A DNA stretch of 64,000 nt from positions 43,064 to 107,063 of the forward strand of contig CAIOGO010000020.1 in assembly GCA_903857865.1 (NCBI GenBank), in the 5' to 3' direction. This stretch comes from an uncultured bacterium. GTDB taxonomy: Bacteria > Bipolaricaulota > Bipolaricaulia > UBA7950 > UBA9294. Made by a program: the position numbers and the translations under genes. This document shows, piece by piece, positions 1 to 10,662 of the stretch. Position 1 is the stretch's first letter, and each line of letters opens with the position of its first letter. The notes under the pieces are model-generated. The model searched no databases, was not told the DNA's origin, and worked only from the letters and a program-made list of their open reading frames with translations.

Positions 1-254
1 TCCTCCTGCACCAAGTGTTCGGCGGCGCGCAAGGACAGGCGGCGGACGTGAAGATCCAGACCGCGGAGCTGCTGCGCATGCGCGATCTACTTACCCGCAT
101 CCTCTCCGAACACACCGGGAAGTCGCCGAAGCAGATCACCAAGGACACGGACCGCGACTACTTCATGACCGCGGAACAGGCTGTGGACTACGGACTGATC
201 GATCGCATCGTTCTCCCACGGTCGCAGACGAATCCCGCTAGCACGGCAGCGTAG
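1..254 (+). CDS. clpP: ATP-dependent Clp protease proteolytic subunit, C-terminal fragment (5' end outside window)
   Basis: Frame of ORF 15..254; tail ...DYFMTAEQAVDYGLIDRIV resembles ClpP C-terminus; G/C-rich third codon positions. Confidence 0.75.
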   Translation, partial: LLHQVFGGAQGQAADVKIQTAELLRMRDLLTRILSEHTGKSPKQITKDTDRDYFMTAEQAVDYGLIDRIVLPRSQTNPASTAA

Positions 255-310
255 CCCCGCCCTCCAACGAGGGTTCGCTCGTCTGCGCTCGGATTCGATA
301 GACTGACGCC

Positions 311-1350
311 ATGCGCACCGGCGTGGCGGACCTTCCCCTGCACAACGGCCGCGCTCCGCGTTGGCTGTTCGCTCGGATGGCGAAGCTCGCCGGCGAGATG
401 GTCGAGCTGCTCGTCGTCGAGCAAGGGCCGAGCGGGTTGCTCGAGAAGCTGAGCGACCCCTACTGGTTCCAGGCGTTCGGCTGCGTCCTCGGCTTCGACT
501 GGCACTCCAGTGGACTGACCACAACCACGTGCGGCGCGATCAAGGAAGGCGCACGCCGGACGAGATCGTTTCCTGGTGCGAGAAGACAGGCGGCGACCCG
601 GTTCCCCTTGTCGCGGCGAGCCGAACGTCGGCCAAGGTCGACAGCGCCGCCGTGCAGGACGGCTATCAAATCTACCACCACGCCTTCTTCTTCGATCGCG
701 ACGGGGAGTGGGCCGTTGTCCAGCAAGGGATGAACGAAACGAACGGCATGGCTCGTCGCTACCACTGGGTCTCAAGCCGGCTCGACGACTTCGTCTGCGA
801 GCCGCACGCCGCCATCTGCTGCGACCGTCGCGCACCGACGCTGAACCTCGTGGCCCGCGACAGTGCATCCGCACGCACGACGGCGGCCGAACTCGCGAGA
901 GAGACCCCCGTCCGGCTTGTGTCCGAACTCATCCGGCTCAAGCACCTCGCGCTGCCGCGACGGCATGCCATTCTCATGGCCGACATCGCCCCCGACTGCC
1001 TCGGTGCCATCCTGACGAAGACGTATGAAGCGCAGGCGGCCGACTTCCGAGAGCTGCTGATGCTGCCGGGAGTCGGCGCGAAGACCCTGCGGGCGCTCTC
1101 ACTCGTCGCAGAACTCGTCTACGGCGCGGCGCCCAGCTTCGACGATCCGGCGCGGTTCGCATTCGCGCACGGTGGAAAGGACGGGATCCCGTATCCCGTC
1201 GACCGACCTCTCTACGACCAGACGATCGACCTCATGCAGCGCGCCGTCCGGCGCGCCAAGCTGGAGCCGAAGGAGGAGCTGCAGGCGCTCCGGCGCCTCG
1301 ACCGCTTCTTCCTTCCGGCCCCAACGGGAAGGCAGGAGCCGCCTCCGTGA
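311..1350 (+). pseudogene. DUF763-family protein interrupted by a frameshift near 545-560
   Basis: N-terminal part in frame of ORF 311..733 (HNGRAPRWLF...WFQAFGCVLGFDWHSSGLTTTTCGAIKEG); continuation in frame of ORF 361..1350 (TPDEIVSW...QDGYQIYHHAFFFDRDGEWAVVQQGMNE); the two frames must be joined to give a full-length family member. Confidence 0.55.
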
Positions 1351-1455
1351 AGCCAGTCGCCTTCGTGCGTGGAAACACCAGCGAAGCCAAGGCGAGCGAG
1401 CTGCGGACGACGCGAGAGGTGCGCTTCTCGACGAGAGCACTGGCTGCCGTCGTCG

Positions 1456-2838
1456 CTACTTGTGCACCCGGCGCAGGAACTCCTCGATCTCGGGCATGCC
1501 GCCCTGGAAGATGAGGTACCCGTCGTGCGGTTCGCGCTCGGTGATCTCGCCGGCGATCGGTGTCAACATCAGTTCGCGCACGCGTTCGAGGTCGCTCGTT
1601 TGGCCGAGGGCCCACGCAAGCTTGATGTAGGCGACCTCGGGGAGCATGTTCTCGGTGGGGATGATGCCCTTCGCCATCAGGTCGCGCCCGGTGTCGTAGA
1701 CGAACATGTGGACGTAGCCCCACAGGGTTTGCACGGTCATGTAGATGGCCACGCCAGCGGCCACGGCGCGCTCGATGGCGGGATAGACGGGTTTGTTGAT
1801 GTGCCCGAGCCCTGTCCCGGCGATGACGATGCCCTTGTACCCGTGCTCGACGAGCGAGTCGATGATGTCGGGATGCATGTTGGGGTAGTAGTAGGTCAGC
1901 GTCACCCGCTCTTCGAAGAAGGGCAGGATGTCGACGTGCCGGTCGGCGCGGCGGTGCGCGTAGTCCTGGCGCAGCGGCTTGACCCCGTCGCGCGTGACGG
2001 TGGCGAGCGGGATGTCGCCGACGGTGCGGAAGGTCGAGCGGTAGGACGAGTGCATCTTGCGGACGCGTGTCGCGCGGTGCAGCAGGCCGTACTCGTCTGA
2101 GGTCGGGCCGAACATGCACACCATGACCTCGGCGATGTCCGACGTCGCGGCCGTGGTCGTGGCGTGGATGAGATTCCGCGCCGCGTCCGACGACGGGCGG
2201 TCGGCCGACCGCTGCGAGCCGACCATGACGATCGGCACCGGCGAGTGCTGCACCATGAACGCAAGCGCGCTCGCGGTGTGGTGCATCGTGTCCGTCCCGT
2301 GGCCGATGACGATGCCGTCGATTCCGTTCTCGATCTCGCGGCCGATCGCCTTGGCGAGCTCGATGTACTGCGACGGCCCCATGTTCTCGGAGAAGACAGC
2401 GAACAGCTTCTCGGTCGAGAGGTTGCAGATGTCGGCCAGCTCCGGGACGGCGCCGTACAGCTCGCCGGGCGAGAACGCGGGGATCACCGCGCCGGTTCGA
2501 TAGTCGAGACGCGACGCGATCGTCCCTCCCGTGCCGAGGAGCTTGACGTTGGGCTTGTCTGGCGATGTCGGGAACTCCTTCTCTGGGATCTTGTAGTGCG
2601 CTTCGCGGCGGCCCAGTTCCTGGATCGCGCGGATCGTGCGCACGTCGATGCCGACGTTGTAGCCCGTGGCGAGCTTGAGGACGAGGTGGCGCGAGTCGTC
2701 GAATTCGGAGCGCGGGAGCACGATCCCGCGGAAGTGGCCGCGCGTCGACTCGACATCGACGTCGCTCCAGACCCCCACCTGGAATCGCGTTAGGACGTCG
2801 AGAGCCTCGCCCTTGTAGCCCTTGTGGGCGTCGCTCAT
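1456..2838 (-). CDS. gatD: Glu-tRNA(Gln) amidotransferase subunit D (asparaginase-domain, archaeal type)
   Basis: Asparaginase signatures LLGTGGTIAS and GIVIGHGTDTM; ATG at 2838 overlaps upstream gatE stop as ATGA; ORF track extends 7 codons further to GTG at 2859. Confidence 0.8.
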   Translation of the reverse strand: MSDAHKGYKGEALDVLTRFQVGVWSDVDVESTRGHFRGIVLPRSEFDDSRHLVLKLATGYNVGIDVRTIRAIQELGRREAHYKIPEKEFPTSPDKPNVKLLGTGGTIASRLDYRTGAVIPAFSPGELYGAVPELADICNLSTEKLFAVFSENMGPSQYIELAKAIGREIENGIDGIVIGHGTDTMHHTASALAFMVQHSPVPIVMVGSQRSADRPSSDAARNLIHATTTAATSDIAEVMVCMFGPTSDEYGLLHRATRVRKMHSSYRSTFRTVGDIPLATVTRDGVKPLRQDYAHRRADRHVDILPFFEERVTLTYYYPNMHPDIIDSLVEHGYKGIVIAGTGLGHINKPVYPAIERAVAAGVAIYMTVQTLWGYVHMFVYDTGRDLMAKGIIPTENMLPEVAYIKLAWALGQTSDLERVRELMLTPIAGEITEREPHDGYLIFQGGMPEIEEFLRRVHK

Positions 2839-4775
2839 CGTGTCGCCTCCTCGACCCACGCCGCGGTGTCGCGGAGCGGGACGTTGCCCATCGCGAGCGG
2901 GCGGATGCAGCCCATCAACGCGCGAACGCGCGCTTCCGGTTCAGGATGGCGAGCGACGAACGCCTTGGCGCAACGAGCGATCTGCGCGCGGATCTCCTTC
3001 GGCGTCGCCTTTCGGTAGCCGACGCGGCCGAGAAGGTCGTCGAACGTCGCGGCCGGCTCGAGAAGCGCAAGCGGCACGAGGAGTCGCAGGATCTCACGAG
3101 TAAGGTCGCGCTCTGCCGCCTCGACGATGACCCAGCGCACGCGCTCGACGTCGATCTCGCGGGCGCCCATGGCGTGCCGGACGTTGTGGCCGAGGAGCGT
3201 TGCCGCGAACGCGGAATCGACCTTGCGCTCGACGAGCCAGGCGAGGGTCGGCGATAGGTCGCGGCGGAGGATGTAGGCGTGCACGTCCTCGGGAGCGCTC
3301 CAGGCGCGGAGCGCCGCCATCCGGCGATCGACGGACTCCGGCAGGCGGGCGCGCGTTCGCTCGATCGCCTCTTCCTCGATCGGGATCGGCGCGGAGTCGG
3401 TGTCGGGGTACATGCGGTCCGGACCCGGCAGCACCCGCTCGAAGATCGTCGTCCCGTTGGGAAGCCCCTTGCGTGTCTCGTTGGGTACGCCTTGGAACGC
3501 GAGGCGGCACCGCTCGACGAGCGTGTCGACGGCGGTCGGGAGGTCAGCCGCCGGGCCCCAAACGAGGACGACTCCGTCATTCGACTTCGCGCCAACACGG
3601 ATCGCCAGCGTCCGCCACGCGGCGGGCGAGATGGCCGAGGCGGGTTGGTCGGGGTGGGCGAGATTCGGCACCGCGATGCAGGCCACAACCTTCAGTCGAT
3701 CGGAGAACTCGTCGGCGAACGTGCGCCCCGGGTTGGTGAAGAACGACAGGAGGCCGCCGAAGCGCGGCAGCCGAAAGATCACCGCGGACGCTGTTGACGG
3801 GACGATGCCGTCGACGAGATGGCGATCCGCATCGCCGAGGGGGACGTGCGTCGCCGTCCACGCGGTGGGGGCGCTCACGCGTCGCCGGAGCTCATCGCGG
3901 ATGAGCAGAAGAGCCTTCTGACGGAACGCCTCATTGTGCGTCAGCTCGGGGATCCAGCGGATGTGTTGCACACCCTTGATCTCGACTCGGGTCCCGCCCT
4001 CGACGCTGACGTTGACGTCCTCGCGCGCGGCGCCGATGCCCACGTTGACGTGCCGCGTGCTGCGCGCAAGGTAGCGAATGTAGTTCGCCGCTTCGGCCGC
4101 CTCGTCCGGGGTCAGAAGCTCGGGCTCCGTCACCGTCTCGATGAGCGGCATGCCGAGGCGATCGGTCGTGTAGGTTCGCTCGTGCCCCACGTCGCTCACC
4201 TCGCGGCACGAGTCCTCTTCGACGCTCAGCTGACGCACGCCGACGCGCTTGCCGGCGACGGGCAGATGGCCGTCGATGCCGATGATCGCCGTGCGCTGGA
4301 ATCCGGTGGGGATGCTGCCATCCAGGTACTGCTTCCGCGCGATGTGGAGCTCGCCGACGATGCTCGTGTTGAGGAGCAGGGCGACCTCGATCGCAATGTC
4401 GATGGCCTGTCGGTTGACGGCGAACGGCGGGGTATCGTCGATGTCGTACGTGCACGCCGTCTCGCCCTTGATGCGGTAGATGATATTCTTCTTGGTCTTG
4501 TACTCCATGAGCGCCGTGCCGTCGTACTCGCCCAGTTCGCTCAGCGTTGGGCGCATGTGGCGGACAAGTTGGGCGTCGTAGTCGTCGCCGTCCTGGTAGT
4601 GCCCGGCCGGGCAGCGGCAGAAGAGCTTCTTCGTCGTGCGGAGTTGCTGGTGCACCTCGAGCCCGCAGCGGAACCCGAGCGTGCGGTAGGTTTCCTGCGT
4701 CGCCTCGGCGCGGCGGACGTAGCCGAGGAGATTGTGGCTGTCCGGATTCTCGGAGATCGCGTCGTCCTTCTTCAT
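2835..4775 (-). CDS. gatE: Glu-tRNA(Gln) amidotransferase subunit E (GatB/E catalytic domain plus AspRS-like insertion domain)
   Basis: GLEVHQQL motif near N-terminus, long insertion domain, translationally coupled to gatD; start set at MKKDD (aa 36 of track ORF 2835..4880). Confidence 0.8.
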   Translation of the reverse strand: MKKDDAISENPDSHNLLGYVRRAEATQETYRTLGFRCGLEVHQQLRTTKKLFCRCPAGHYQDGDDYDAQLVRHMRPTLSELGEYDGTALMEYKTKKNIIYRIKGETACTYDIDDTPPFAVNRQAIDIAIEVALLLNTSIVGELHIARKQYLDGSIPTGFQRTAIIGIDGHLPVAGKRVGVRQLSVEEDSCREVSDVGHERTYTTDRLGMPLIETVTEPELLTPDEAAEAANYIRYLARSTRHVNVGIGAAREDVNVSVEGGTRVEIKGVQHIRWIPELTHNEAFRQKALLLIRDELRRRVSAPTAWTATHVPLGDADRHLVDGIVPSTASAVIFRLPRFGGLLSFFTNPGRTFADEFSDRLKVVACIAVPNLAHPDQPASAISPAAWRTLAIRVGAKSNDGVVLVWGPAADLPTAVDTLVERCRLAFQGVPNETRKGLPNGTTIFERVLPGPDRMYPDTDSAPIPIEEEAIERTRARLPESVDRRMAALRAWSAPEDVHAYILRRDLSPTLAWLVERKVDSAFAATLLGHNVRHAMGAREIDVERVRWVIVEAAERDLTREILRLLVPLALLEPAATFDDLLGRVGYRKATPKEIRAQIARCAKAFVARHPEPEARVRALMGCIRPLAMGNVPLRDTAAWVEEATR

Positions 4776-4874
4776 GATGGTCCGCGCAGGACGGACGCGA
4801 GTTCGTCTCGGCCGGTCGCGCGCCGGAGGAAAGGATAGATGCAGACAGCGTCCGCCGCAAGGTTCGCACAGTGC

Positions 4875-4902
4875 TTGCATTGGAAGTGCGGCTCGGTATA
4901 CT
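4875..4902 (+). promoter_or_regulatory. Sigma-70-like promoter (TTGCAT-16 nt-TATACT) for the plus-strand small-ORF/GNAT/ABC operon, divergent from gatE
   Basis: Hexamers TTGCAT (4875-4880) and TATACT (4897-4902) read directly in the sequence; same -10 hexamer recurs at two other operon heads in this window. Confidence 0.45.
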
Positions 4903-4995
4903 GGCGCTCACTCAATCCAGCGAATGAGCCGCCGCGTCACTCTCGATGCGGCGGGCGGCGAGAGCCCTGACGGGCCACGTGCAAGGAGGCGGTCC

Positions 4996-5079
4996 ATGAT
5001 TGTGGTCGGTAGTCGATCCCGATCCGCTGCCTCGTTGGCCGAGGCTCGCGGAGCCGCGCTCGCCGCACTCTCCTTCTAG
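4996..5079 (+). CDS. Candidate small ORF (27 aa, MIVVGSRSRSAASLAEARGAALAALSF) in the leader of the GNAT/ABC operon
   Basis: ATG preceded by AAGGAGG with 6-nt spacer; lies between the predicted promoter and the GNAT start; third-position G+C lower than neighbouring genes, so coding status uncertain. Confidence 0.3.
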   Translation: MIVVGSRSRSAASLAEARGAALAALSF

Positions 5080-5185
5080 GTTCCCGCGGCGAAACGCCGA
5101 CTGCGGAGCCCTTCGTCTGAGACACCCCTTTGGTGCGACAGCGGAATGCCGTCACCATCTGTCCGGCCCCCATGAGAAGGAAGTC

Positions 5186-6205
5186 ATGATGTCCCTGAGA
5201 TTGCCTGAAGGATACACCGATCGTCCGGCCCGGCTGTCCGATGCCGAACCGCTGACGCAGATGTTCAACGCCGACTCCCAACGCCTGTTCGGCGTGAACC
5301 AGCATGACGCCGAGAACCTCGCCACCGAATGGCAGACGCCCGGATTCGATCTGGGCCGCGACACCCGCGTCGTGCTCGCACCGTCGGGAAAGCCGGCGGG
5401 GTACGCCGAAGTCTGGGATACGGACGCGCCCCACGTCCGGCTCTGGAGCTGGGGCTGCGTCGACCCGCAGGAGCGCGGCCGCGGCGTCGGCTCCACGCTC
5501 GTCGCTTGGCAGGAGGGGCGCGGCCGCGCGGCGCTCGACGTGGCGCCGTCTGGATCTCGCGTCAGTCTGCGCCAGTCGGTGTCGAGCCTAGACGAGCCTG
5601 CGGGACGTCTCCTTGAGTTCAGCGGGTACGCGGCCATTCGCCACAACTTCCAGATGAAGATCGAACTGGACCGGGCCACGCCGGCGCCTGTGTGGCCAGG
5701 CGGGGTCACTGTTCGGACCTTCGACCCAGCTCGCGACCTTCTCCCGATGGTCGAAGCCATCCGGGCCGCATTCCGCGACCACTGGGGCTACGTGGAGTCG
5801 CCTCTCGAAAGCAGCCTTGCCGTCTGGCGCCACATCGTGACCGAAGAGAAGAGCTTCGATGCAAGCCTCTGGTTCCTCGCGGAGCACGACGGCGACATCG
5901 TCGCCGTGGCTTTGTGCTCGGCGATGGAGCCGGAGGACCCCGACCTTGGCTACGTGAACACGCTCGGCGTCGTCCGGCCGTGGCGCCGGCGAGGAATCGG
6001 ACTCGCGCTCCTCCATCACGCGTTCGCGGAACTTGGGCGCCGGGGCAAGAGGCGCGTCGCTCTCGGCGTCGATGGTGCGAGCCTTACCGGTGCCGTCCGC
6101 CTGTACGAGCGGGCAGGAATGCACGTCGAGCGGCGCCGCGTCCTCTACGAGAAGGAACTCCGCGCCGGGGTGGATCTGACGACGCAAAGCCTGGAGACGT
6201 CGTGA
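5186..6205 (+). CDS. Two-domain GNAT N-acetyltransferase (mycothiol-synthase-like architecture)
   Basis: Two acetyl-CoA-binding-like segments (QERGRGVGSTLV and RPWRRRGIGLALL); RBS GAAGGAAG before ATG at 5186 (track ORF starts at 5000). Confidence 0.8.
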   Translation: MMSLRLPEGYTDRPARLSDAEPLTQMFNADSQRLFGVNQHDAENLATEWQTPGFDLGRDTRVVLAPSGKPAGYAEVWDTDAPHVRLWSWGCVDPQERGRGVGSTLVAWQEGRGRAALDVAPSGSRVSLRQSVSSLDEPAGRLLEFSGYAAIRHNFQMKIELDRATPAPVWPGGVTVRTFDPARDLLPMVEAIRAAFRDHWGYVESPLESSLAVWRHIVTEEKSFDASLWFLAEHDGDIVAVALCSAMEPEDPDLGYVNTLGVVRPWRRRGIGLALLHHAFAELGRRGKRRVALGVDGASLTGAVRLYERAGMHVERRRVLYEKELRAGVDLTTQSLETS

Positions 6206-7986
6206 AACTGCCGCTTCGAGAAGGGCTGACCCTGCTTGGCCGCTACGTGCGGCCCCAAGCGCGCTGGGTCGTCGCGCTCGCCGCCCTCGTCCTGGCGACA
6301 ATCGGCCTTCGCTTGGCGAACCCGCAAATCCTGCGAGAGTTCATCGACACGGCGATGGCCGGGGGAGAGCGTGCGGTGCTGATCCGAGACGCCCTCCTCT
6401 TCTTCGGCATCGCGGTCGCGGCCCAGCTCTTGTCCGTGGCGGCTACCTACGTCGGCGAGACCGTCGCTTGGTCGGCGACCAACGCGTTGCGCCTCGATCT
6501 CCTTCGGCACGCCTTGGCTCTCGACGCGACCTTTCACAAGGATCACACGCCAGGGCAGCTCATCGAGCGCATCGACGGCGATGTCGCCACGCTGTCGAAC
6601 TTCTTCTCACGCTTCACGATTGACATCCTCGGCAACGCCATCCTGGTGGCCGGTATCATCGGGCTCTTGTTCCGCGAGGACTGGCGCATCGGCCTACCGA
6701 TCCTCGCATTCGCCGCCTTCACCGTATGGCTGCTCGGGCGCATCCGCAAGGTCGCCGTCCCGCACTGGACCGCCTACCGCAAGCTGGTCGCCGAGTTCTT
6801 CGGATTCCTCGGAGAACGCCTCGGCGGGACGGAGGACCTCCGGGCGAACGGTGCCGTCGGGTACACGTTGCGGCGCTTCTTCGCGTTCTGCCGCCGTCTC
6901 TTCCCGGCGTACCGCTGGTCCAGCGTCGCCGGGTACTCGATGTGGATAGCCAACGTCGCCCTGTTCACCGGCGGGTTCGCCATCGCCTTCGGCGTGGGCG
7001 CCACCCTGTGGAGAGCCTCGATCATCACGCTCGGCACCGTGTACCTGGTGTTCCACTACACGGAGCTTCTGCAGGGCCCCATCTCGCAGATGCGCGAGCA
7101 GATCACCGATCTCCAGCGCGCCGAGGCCGGGATCCGCCGAATCCGGACCCTGCTTGCCGCGTCGTCCGCGATCCGCGACGAGGGCAAGTCGGCGCTCCCC
7201 GACGGCCCGCTCTCGGTTGCGTTCGAGAGCGTCACGTTTGCCTATCAGCCGTCGCGCCGCGAAGACGGACCCGCCGAAAACGAGCCCGAGCCGACCGCCG
7301 CCCTGCGCGACGTCCGGCTCACCGTGCCCGCGGGCACGACGCTCGGACTCCTGGGGCGCACGGGAAGCGGCAAGACGACCCTTGCGCGCCTCGTCGCGCG
7401 TCTCTACGACTGCCAGCAGGGCGTCGTCGAGGTGGGCCGCATCCCCGTGGCCGACGTCCCGCTCGCCGACCTCCGCCGCCGCGTGCGGATGGTGTCTCAG
7501 GATGTGCAGATCTTCCGCGCCTCGGTGCGCGAGAACGTCCGCCTGTTCGACCCAACGGTGTCCGACGAGCGGATCCTCGCCGCGTTGGGCGAGCTCGGCC
7601 TGCGCGACTGGGCGCTGGCCCTGCCGCAGGGACTCGACACGGTCGTCGGAACGTCTGACGCCGGGCTGTCGGCCGGGCAGAGCCAACTCCTCGCCTTGGC
7701 GCGGGCTTTCCTCGCGGACCCCGGTGTGGTCATTCTCGACGAGGCCTCGTCGCGCCTCGATCCCGCGACGGAAGCCCTGCTCGAACGAGCGGTGGACCGA
7801 CTCCTCGCCGGGCGCACGGCGATTCTGATCGCACACCGCCTGTCGACAGTCCGCCGCGCCGATCGGATCGCCATCCTCGAGGACGGCCGGGTCATCGAAT
7901 CTGGCGAGCGCGAGGCGCTCGCCCGTGACCCACACTCCCGCCTCGCTCGGCTCCTGGAGACCGGAATGGAGGAGGTGCTCGCGTGA
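6202..7986 (+). CDS. ABC exporter, fused permease/ATP-binding protein (heterodimer partner 1)
   Basis: N-terminal TM segments; Walker [10 protein letters not shown], signature LSAGQSQLL, Walker [10 protein letters not shown]; GTG start overlaps GNAT stop as GTGA. Confidence 0.85.
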   Translation: MKLPLREGLTLLGRYVRPQARWVVALAALVLATIGLRLANPQILREFIDTAMAGGERAVLIRDALLFFGIAVAAQLLSVAATYVGETVAWSATNALRLDLLRHALALDATFHKDHTPGQLIERIDGDVATLSNFFSRFTIDILGNAILVAGIIGLLFREDWRIGLPILAFAAFTVWLLGRIRKVAVPHWTAYRKLVAEFFGFLGERLGGTEDLRANGAVGYTLRRFFAFCRRLFPAYRWSSVAGYSMWIANVALFTGGFAIAFGVGATLWRASIITLGTVYLVFHYTELLQGPISQMREQITDLQRAEAGIRRIRTLLAASSAIRDEGKSALPDGPLSVAFESVTFAYQPSRREDGPAENEPEPTAALRDVRLTVPAGTTLGLLGRTGSGKTTLARLVARLYDCQQGVVEVGRIPVADVPLADLRRRVRMVSQDVQIFRASVRENVRLFDPTVSDERILAALGELGLRDWALALPQGLDTVVGTSDAGLSAGQSQLLALARAFLADPGVVILDEASSRLDPATEALLERAVDRLLAGRTAILIAHRLSTVRRADRIAILEDGRVIESGEREALARDPHSRLARLLETGMEEVLA

Positions 7987-9761
7987 GCCCGCTCGCGGCC
8001 TTCGTCCGTCTGATCCGCTTCCGGCCCTGGCTCTACGCCGCGGACGCCGTGGCCTGGTCGGCCATCATGCTGACCGAGCTCGGCGCCGGCTACGTGGCCA
8101 AGCTCTTCTTTGACTCGATCACGGGCAACGCGGCGGCTGGCCTGACGCTCGCGTCAGTCGTCGCCCTTGTGGCCGGCGCGGGGCTCGCCCGCATCGTCTC
8201 GATCCTCGCGGGGGCCCTGATCGACATCCGACACCGATTCTCGATCCGCGTTCTTCTGCAGCGCAATTTGCTCGCCTCGGTGCTCGCTAAGCCCGGCGCC
8301 CGCGCCCTCCCCGGCGCCGTCGGGGAGGCGCTCAACACCGTGCGCGACGACGTCGAGGTCGTCGAGAACCTCCTCAGTTGGCTGATCGACCAGTTCTCGT
8401 TCGTGTCTTATTGCGCGGTTGCGCTGGCCATCCTGCTCAGCATCGATGCGCGCGTGACGCTGGTCGTCGTGCTTCCGCTCGTCCTGGTCCTCATCGGCGC
8501 CCGCGCCGTCTCCAAGCGAGTTCGCCGGTTCCGAGAGGCGAGCCGCGCCGCGACCGAGCGCGTCACCGGGGCGATTGGCGAGGCGATGGACGGCGTTCAG
8601 GCGATCCAGCTCGCCGGCGCGGAGGAGCACGTGGTCGCGCACATCGAGGGGCTGAACCGCGTGAGGCTGCGCGCCGCCGTTCGCGACCGCCTGTTGTCGC
8701 AGTCGTTCCACTCGTTCTTCTGGAACGCGGCAACGCTCTCGACCGGCCTGATCCTTCTGGCAGCCGCGGACGGTCTGCGGAGCGGAACGTTCACGGTCGG
8801 CGACTTCGCCCTCTTCGTCACCTACGTCGGCGTCCTCACCGAGGTGATTGCCGCGTTCGGCGACTTCCTCATCCACTTCCAGCAGGCGAAGGTGTCGCTC
8901 GAGCGTATGGCCGCGCTCATCGAGGGCACGCGCGCCGACGTCGTGGCGCACCACCCGATTCATCTGACGGGGCCGCTTCCCGACGCCGCCGATGCGACCG
9001 GCCCCCCTGAGCCCCTGGAACGCCTCACGGTCGAGGAAATGACCGTTCGCCCCGCCCCGGCCGGCGACTTCTCGCTCGATCGCGCCTCGTTTTCGATCGC
9101 GCGGGGTGAGTTCGTCGTGGTGACCGGCCGGATCGGCGCCGGGAAGTCCACCCTGGTACGCGGTTTGCTCGGCCTCCTCCCCATCGAAGGGGGGCGCATT
9201 CTGTGGAATGGACAGGTTGTCGTGGATCCGGGCTCGTTCTTCGTCCCGCCCCGCTGCGCCTACACGCCCCAGGTCCCTCGGCTGTTCAGCGAGAGCCTAC
9301 GCGACAACCTGCTCCTGGGGCAGGAGGTTGCCCAGGGCGATCTCGACGGCGCCGTCCGCCTCGCTGTGCTCGAGGACGACATCGCACGGTTTGAGAACGG
9401 CCTCGACACGATCGTTGGACCCCGCGGGGTCAAGCTTTCCGGCGGTCAGCGCCAACGCGCGGCGGCGGCGAGGATGTTCCTGCCGAATCCGGAGCTCATG
9501 GTGCTCGACGACGTGTCGAGCGCGCTCGACGTCGAGACCGAGCGGGCGCTGTGGCAACGCGCGACTGCCCTTTCCGGCCGGACGTGGCTTGTGGTGTCCC
9601 ACCGACGTCCAGTGCTGCGGCGCGCGGACCGCATCCTCGTCCTGAAGGATGGGCGGATCGACGCCGAAGGTACGCTCGACGAGCTCCTCGCCACGAGCGA
9701 CGAGATGCGTCGACTTTGGCACGGCGAGGCCGGCGGCGAGGCGGAAGCGGCGGGAGAGTGA
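7983..9761 (+). CDS. ABC exporter, fused permease/ATP-binding protein (heterodimer partner 2)
   Basis: TM domain then Walker [10 protein letters not shown], signature LSGGQRQR, Walker [10 protein letters not shown]; start overlaps upstream stop as GTGA. Confidence 0.85.
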   Translation: MSPLAAFVRLIRFRPWLYAADAVAWSAIMLTELGAGYVAKLFFDSITGNAAAGLTLASVVALVAGAGLARIVSILAGALIDIRHRFSIRVLLQRNLLASVLAKPGARALPGAVGEALNTVRDDVEVVENLLSWLIDQFSFVSYCAVALAILLSIDARVTLVVVLPLVLVLIGARAVSKRVRRFREASRAATERVTGAIGEAMDGVQAIQLAGAEEHVVAHIEGLNRVRLRAAVRDRLLSQSFHSFFWNAATLSTGLILLAAADGLRSGTFTVGDFALFVTYVGVLTEVIAAFGDFLIHFQQAKVSLERMAALIEGTRADVVAHHPIHLTGPLPDAADATGPPEPLERLTVEEMTVRPAPAGDFSLDRASFSIARGEFVVVTGRIGAGKSTLVRGLLGLLPIEGGRILWNGQVVVDPGSFFVPPRCAYTPQVPRLFSESLRDNLLLGQEVAQGDLDGAVRLAVLEDDIARFENGLDTIVGPRGVKLSGGQRQRAAAARMFLPNPELMVLDDVSSALDVETERALWQRATALSGRTWLVVSHRRPVLRRADRILVLKDGRIDAEGTLDELLATSDEMRRLWHGEAGGEAEAAGE

Positions 9762-9862
9762 CGCGCATCACGTTCATCTAGTCCCGAATTGACTTTCCGC
9801 GTTCCCGCGTGTAGCCTCGTCGCGGGGAAAGGGGAGGGGCCGCGCGCGGAGGTGCGCAAGCA

Positions 9863-10630
9863 ATGAACAACACGTTCGTGATGTGGCTCGTTGGCGCCGC
9901 CATCGCGGGCTTAGGCCTTCTCCTGCTCCTCGGAACGCCCGCCGGCGTCTCAACGGAGGCCGCGGGCTCTTCCGCACTCACAGCGAATGGCGCGTCTCCC
10001 GCATCGGAAACGACCTACTGGAAAGACGCAACGCCTGCATCGATCGCCACGGCCCCGACGGCCCTGCTCCTGGCGGCGCCTACAGCGTGCCCATCCTGCG
10101 GGACCGTATCCATGCACGCCAACACCGCTGCGACTCTTGCGGCCCCTGCGCCGTGCTCGTCGTGTGCGGTCACGTCTTCGCGGGCAACCGTCGTTGCATC
10201 GTTGCCGGTCGGCAGCTGCGCCGCTGCGGTTCCGCAAAGGGGGCTGGCCGGGGGATGTGGCCTGTCGATCGCTCCGTGCGCCGAGACCCCGTGCCGCGCG
10301 TTGACCGCCTCCTGCAACCTCGCTTGCGGACCCGAAGTCCCGTGCCGAGACCGCCCCGGGATCAACCGGAACGGCCCGATGTGCGTGGACGAGTGTTCGT
10401 TCGTGCAGCTCTACTCGACGGTCCCTCTGCCCGCCTGCAGCGCGATTCACTTCGCGTGGGCAGCCACTCGAGGTCAATTCCTCGACCCGGCGGCGCCCGA
10501 CCCGATCTACTATGCGCCCGGATCGGCGTTTCCCGGAGGAGAGGACGTCCTCGTCACGCTGACCGTAACGGATGCGCAGGGCAACGAGTACTCCGACCAG
10601 ATCAAACTGCACGTCAACAACTCGCGGTAG
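9863..10630 (+). CDS. Cysteine-rich (20 Cys) secreted or membrane-anchored protein with C-terminal beta-sandwich-like segment, unknown function
   Basis: Hydrophobic N-terminus MWLVGAAIAGLGLLLLLG; G/C-rich third positions unlike the Arg-rich overlapping frames; multiple CxxC/CxC spacings. Confidence 0.6.
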   Translation: MNNTFVMWLVGAAIAGLGLLLLLGTPAGVSTEAAGSSALTANGASPASETTYWKDATPASIATAPTALLLAAPTACPSCGTVSMHANTAATLAAPAPCSSCAVTSSRATVVASLPVGSCAAAVPQRGLAGGCGLSIAPCAETPCRALTASCNLACGPEVPCRDRPGINRNGPMCVDECSFVQLYSTVPLPACSAIHFAWAATRGQFLDPAAPDPIYYAPGSAFPGGEDVLVTLTVTDAQGNEYSDQIKLHVNNSR

Positions 10631-10662
10631 CCGAGCCGAAGCCGCCGGGAGATGGGGGACGC

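Noticed and set aside
6694-8963. Several 250-410-aa minus-strand ORFs overlapping the ABC exporter genes
   Set aside because: Opposite-strand shadows of genes with clear Walker/signature motifs; translations are Arg/Pro-rich.
9883-10662. Upstream 260 codons of track ORF 9883..11265
   Set aside because: Arg-rich and overlaps the coding-biased Cys-rich gene in another frame; the HAD hydrolase starts at its internal Met (10663).
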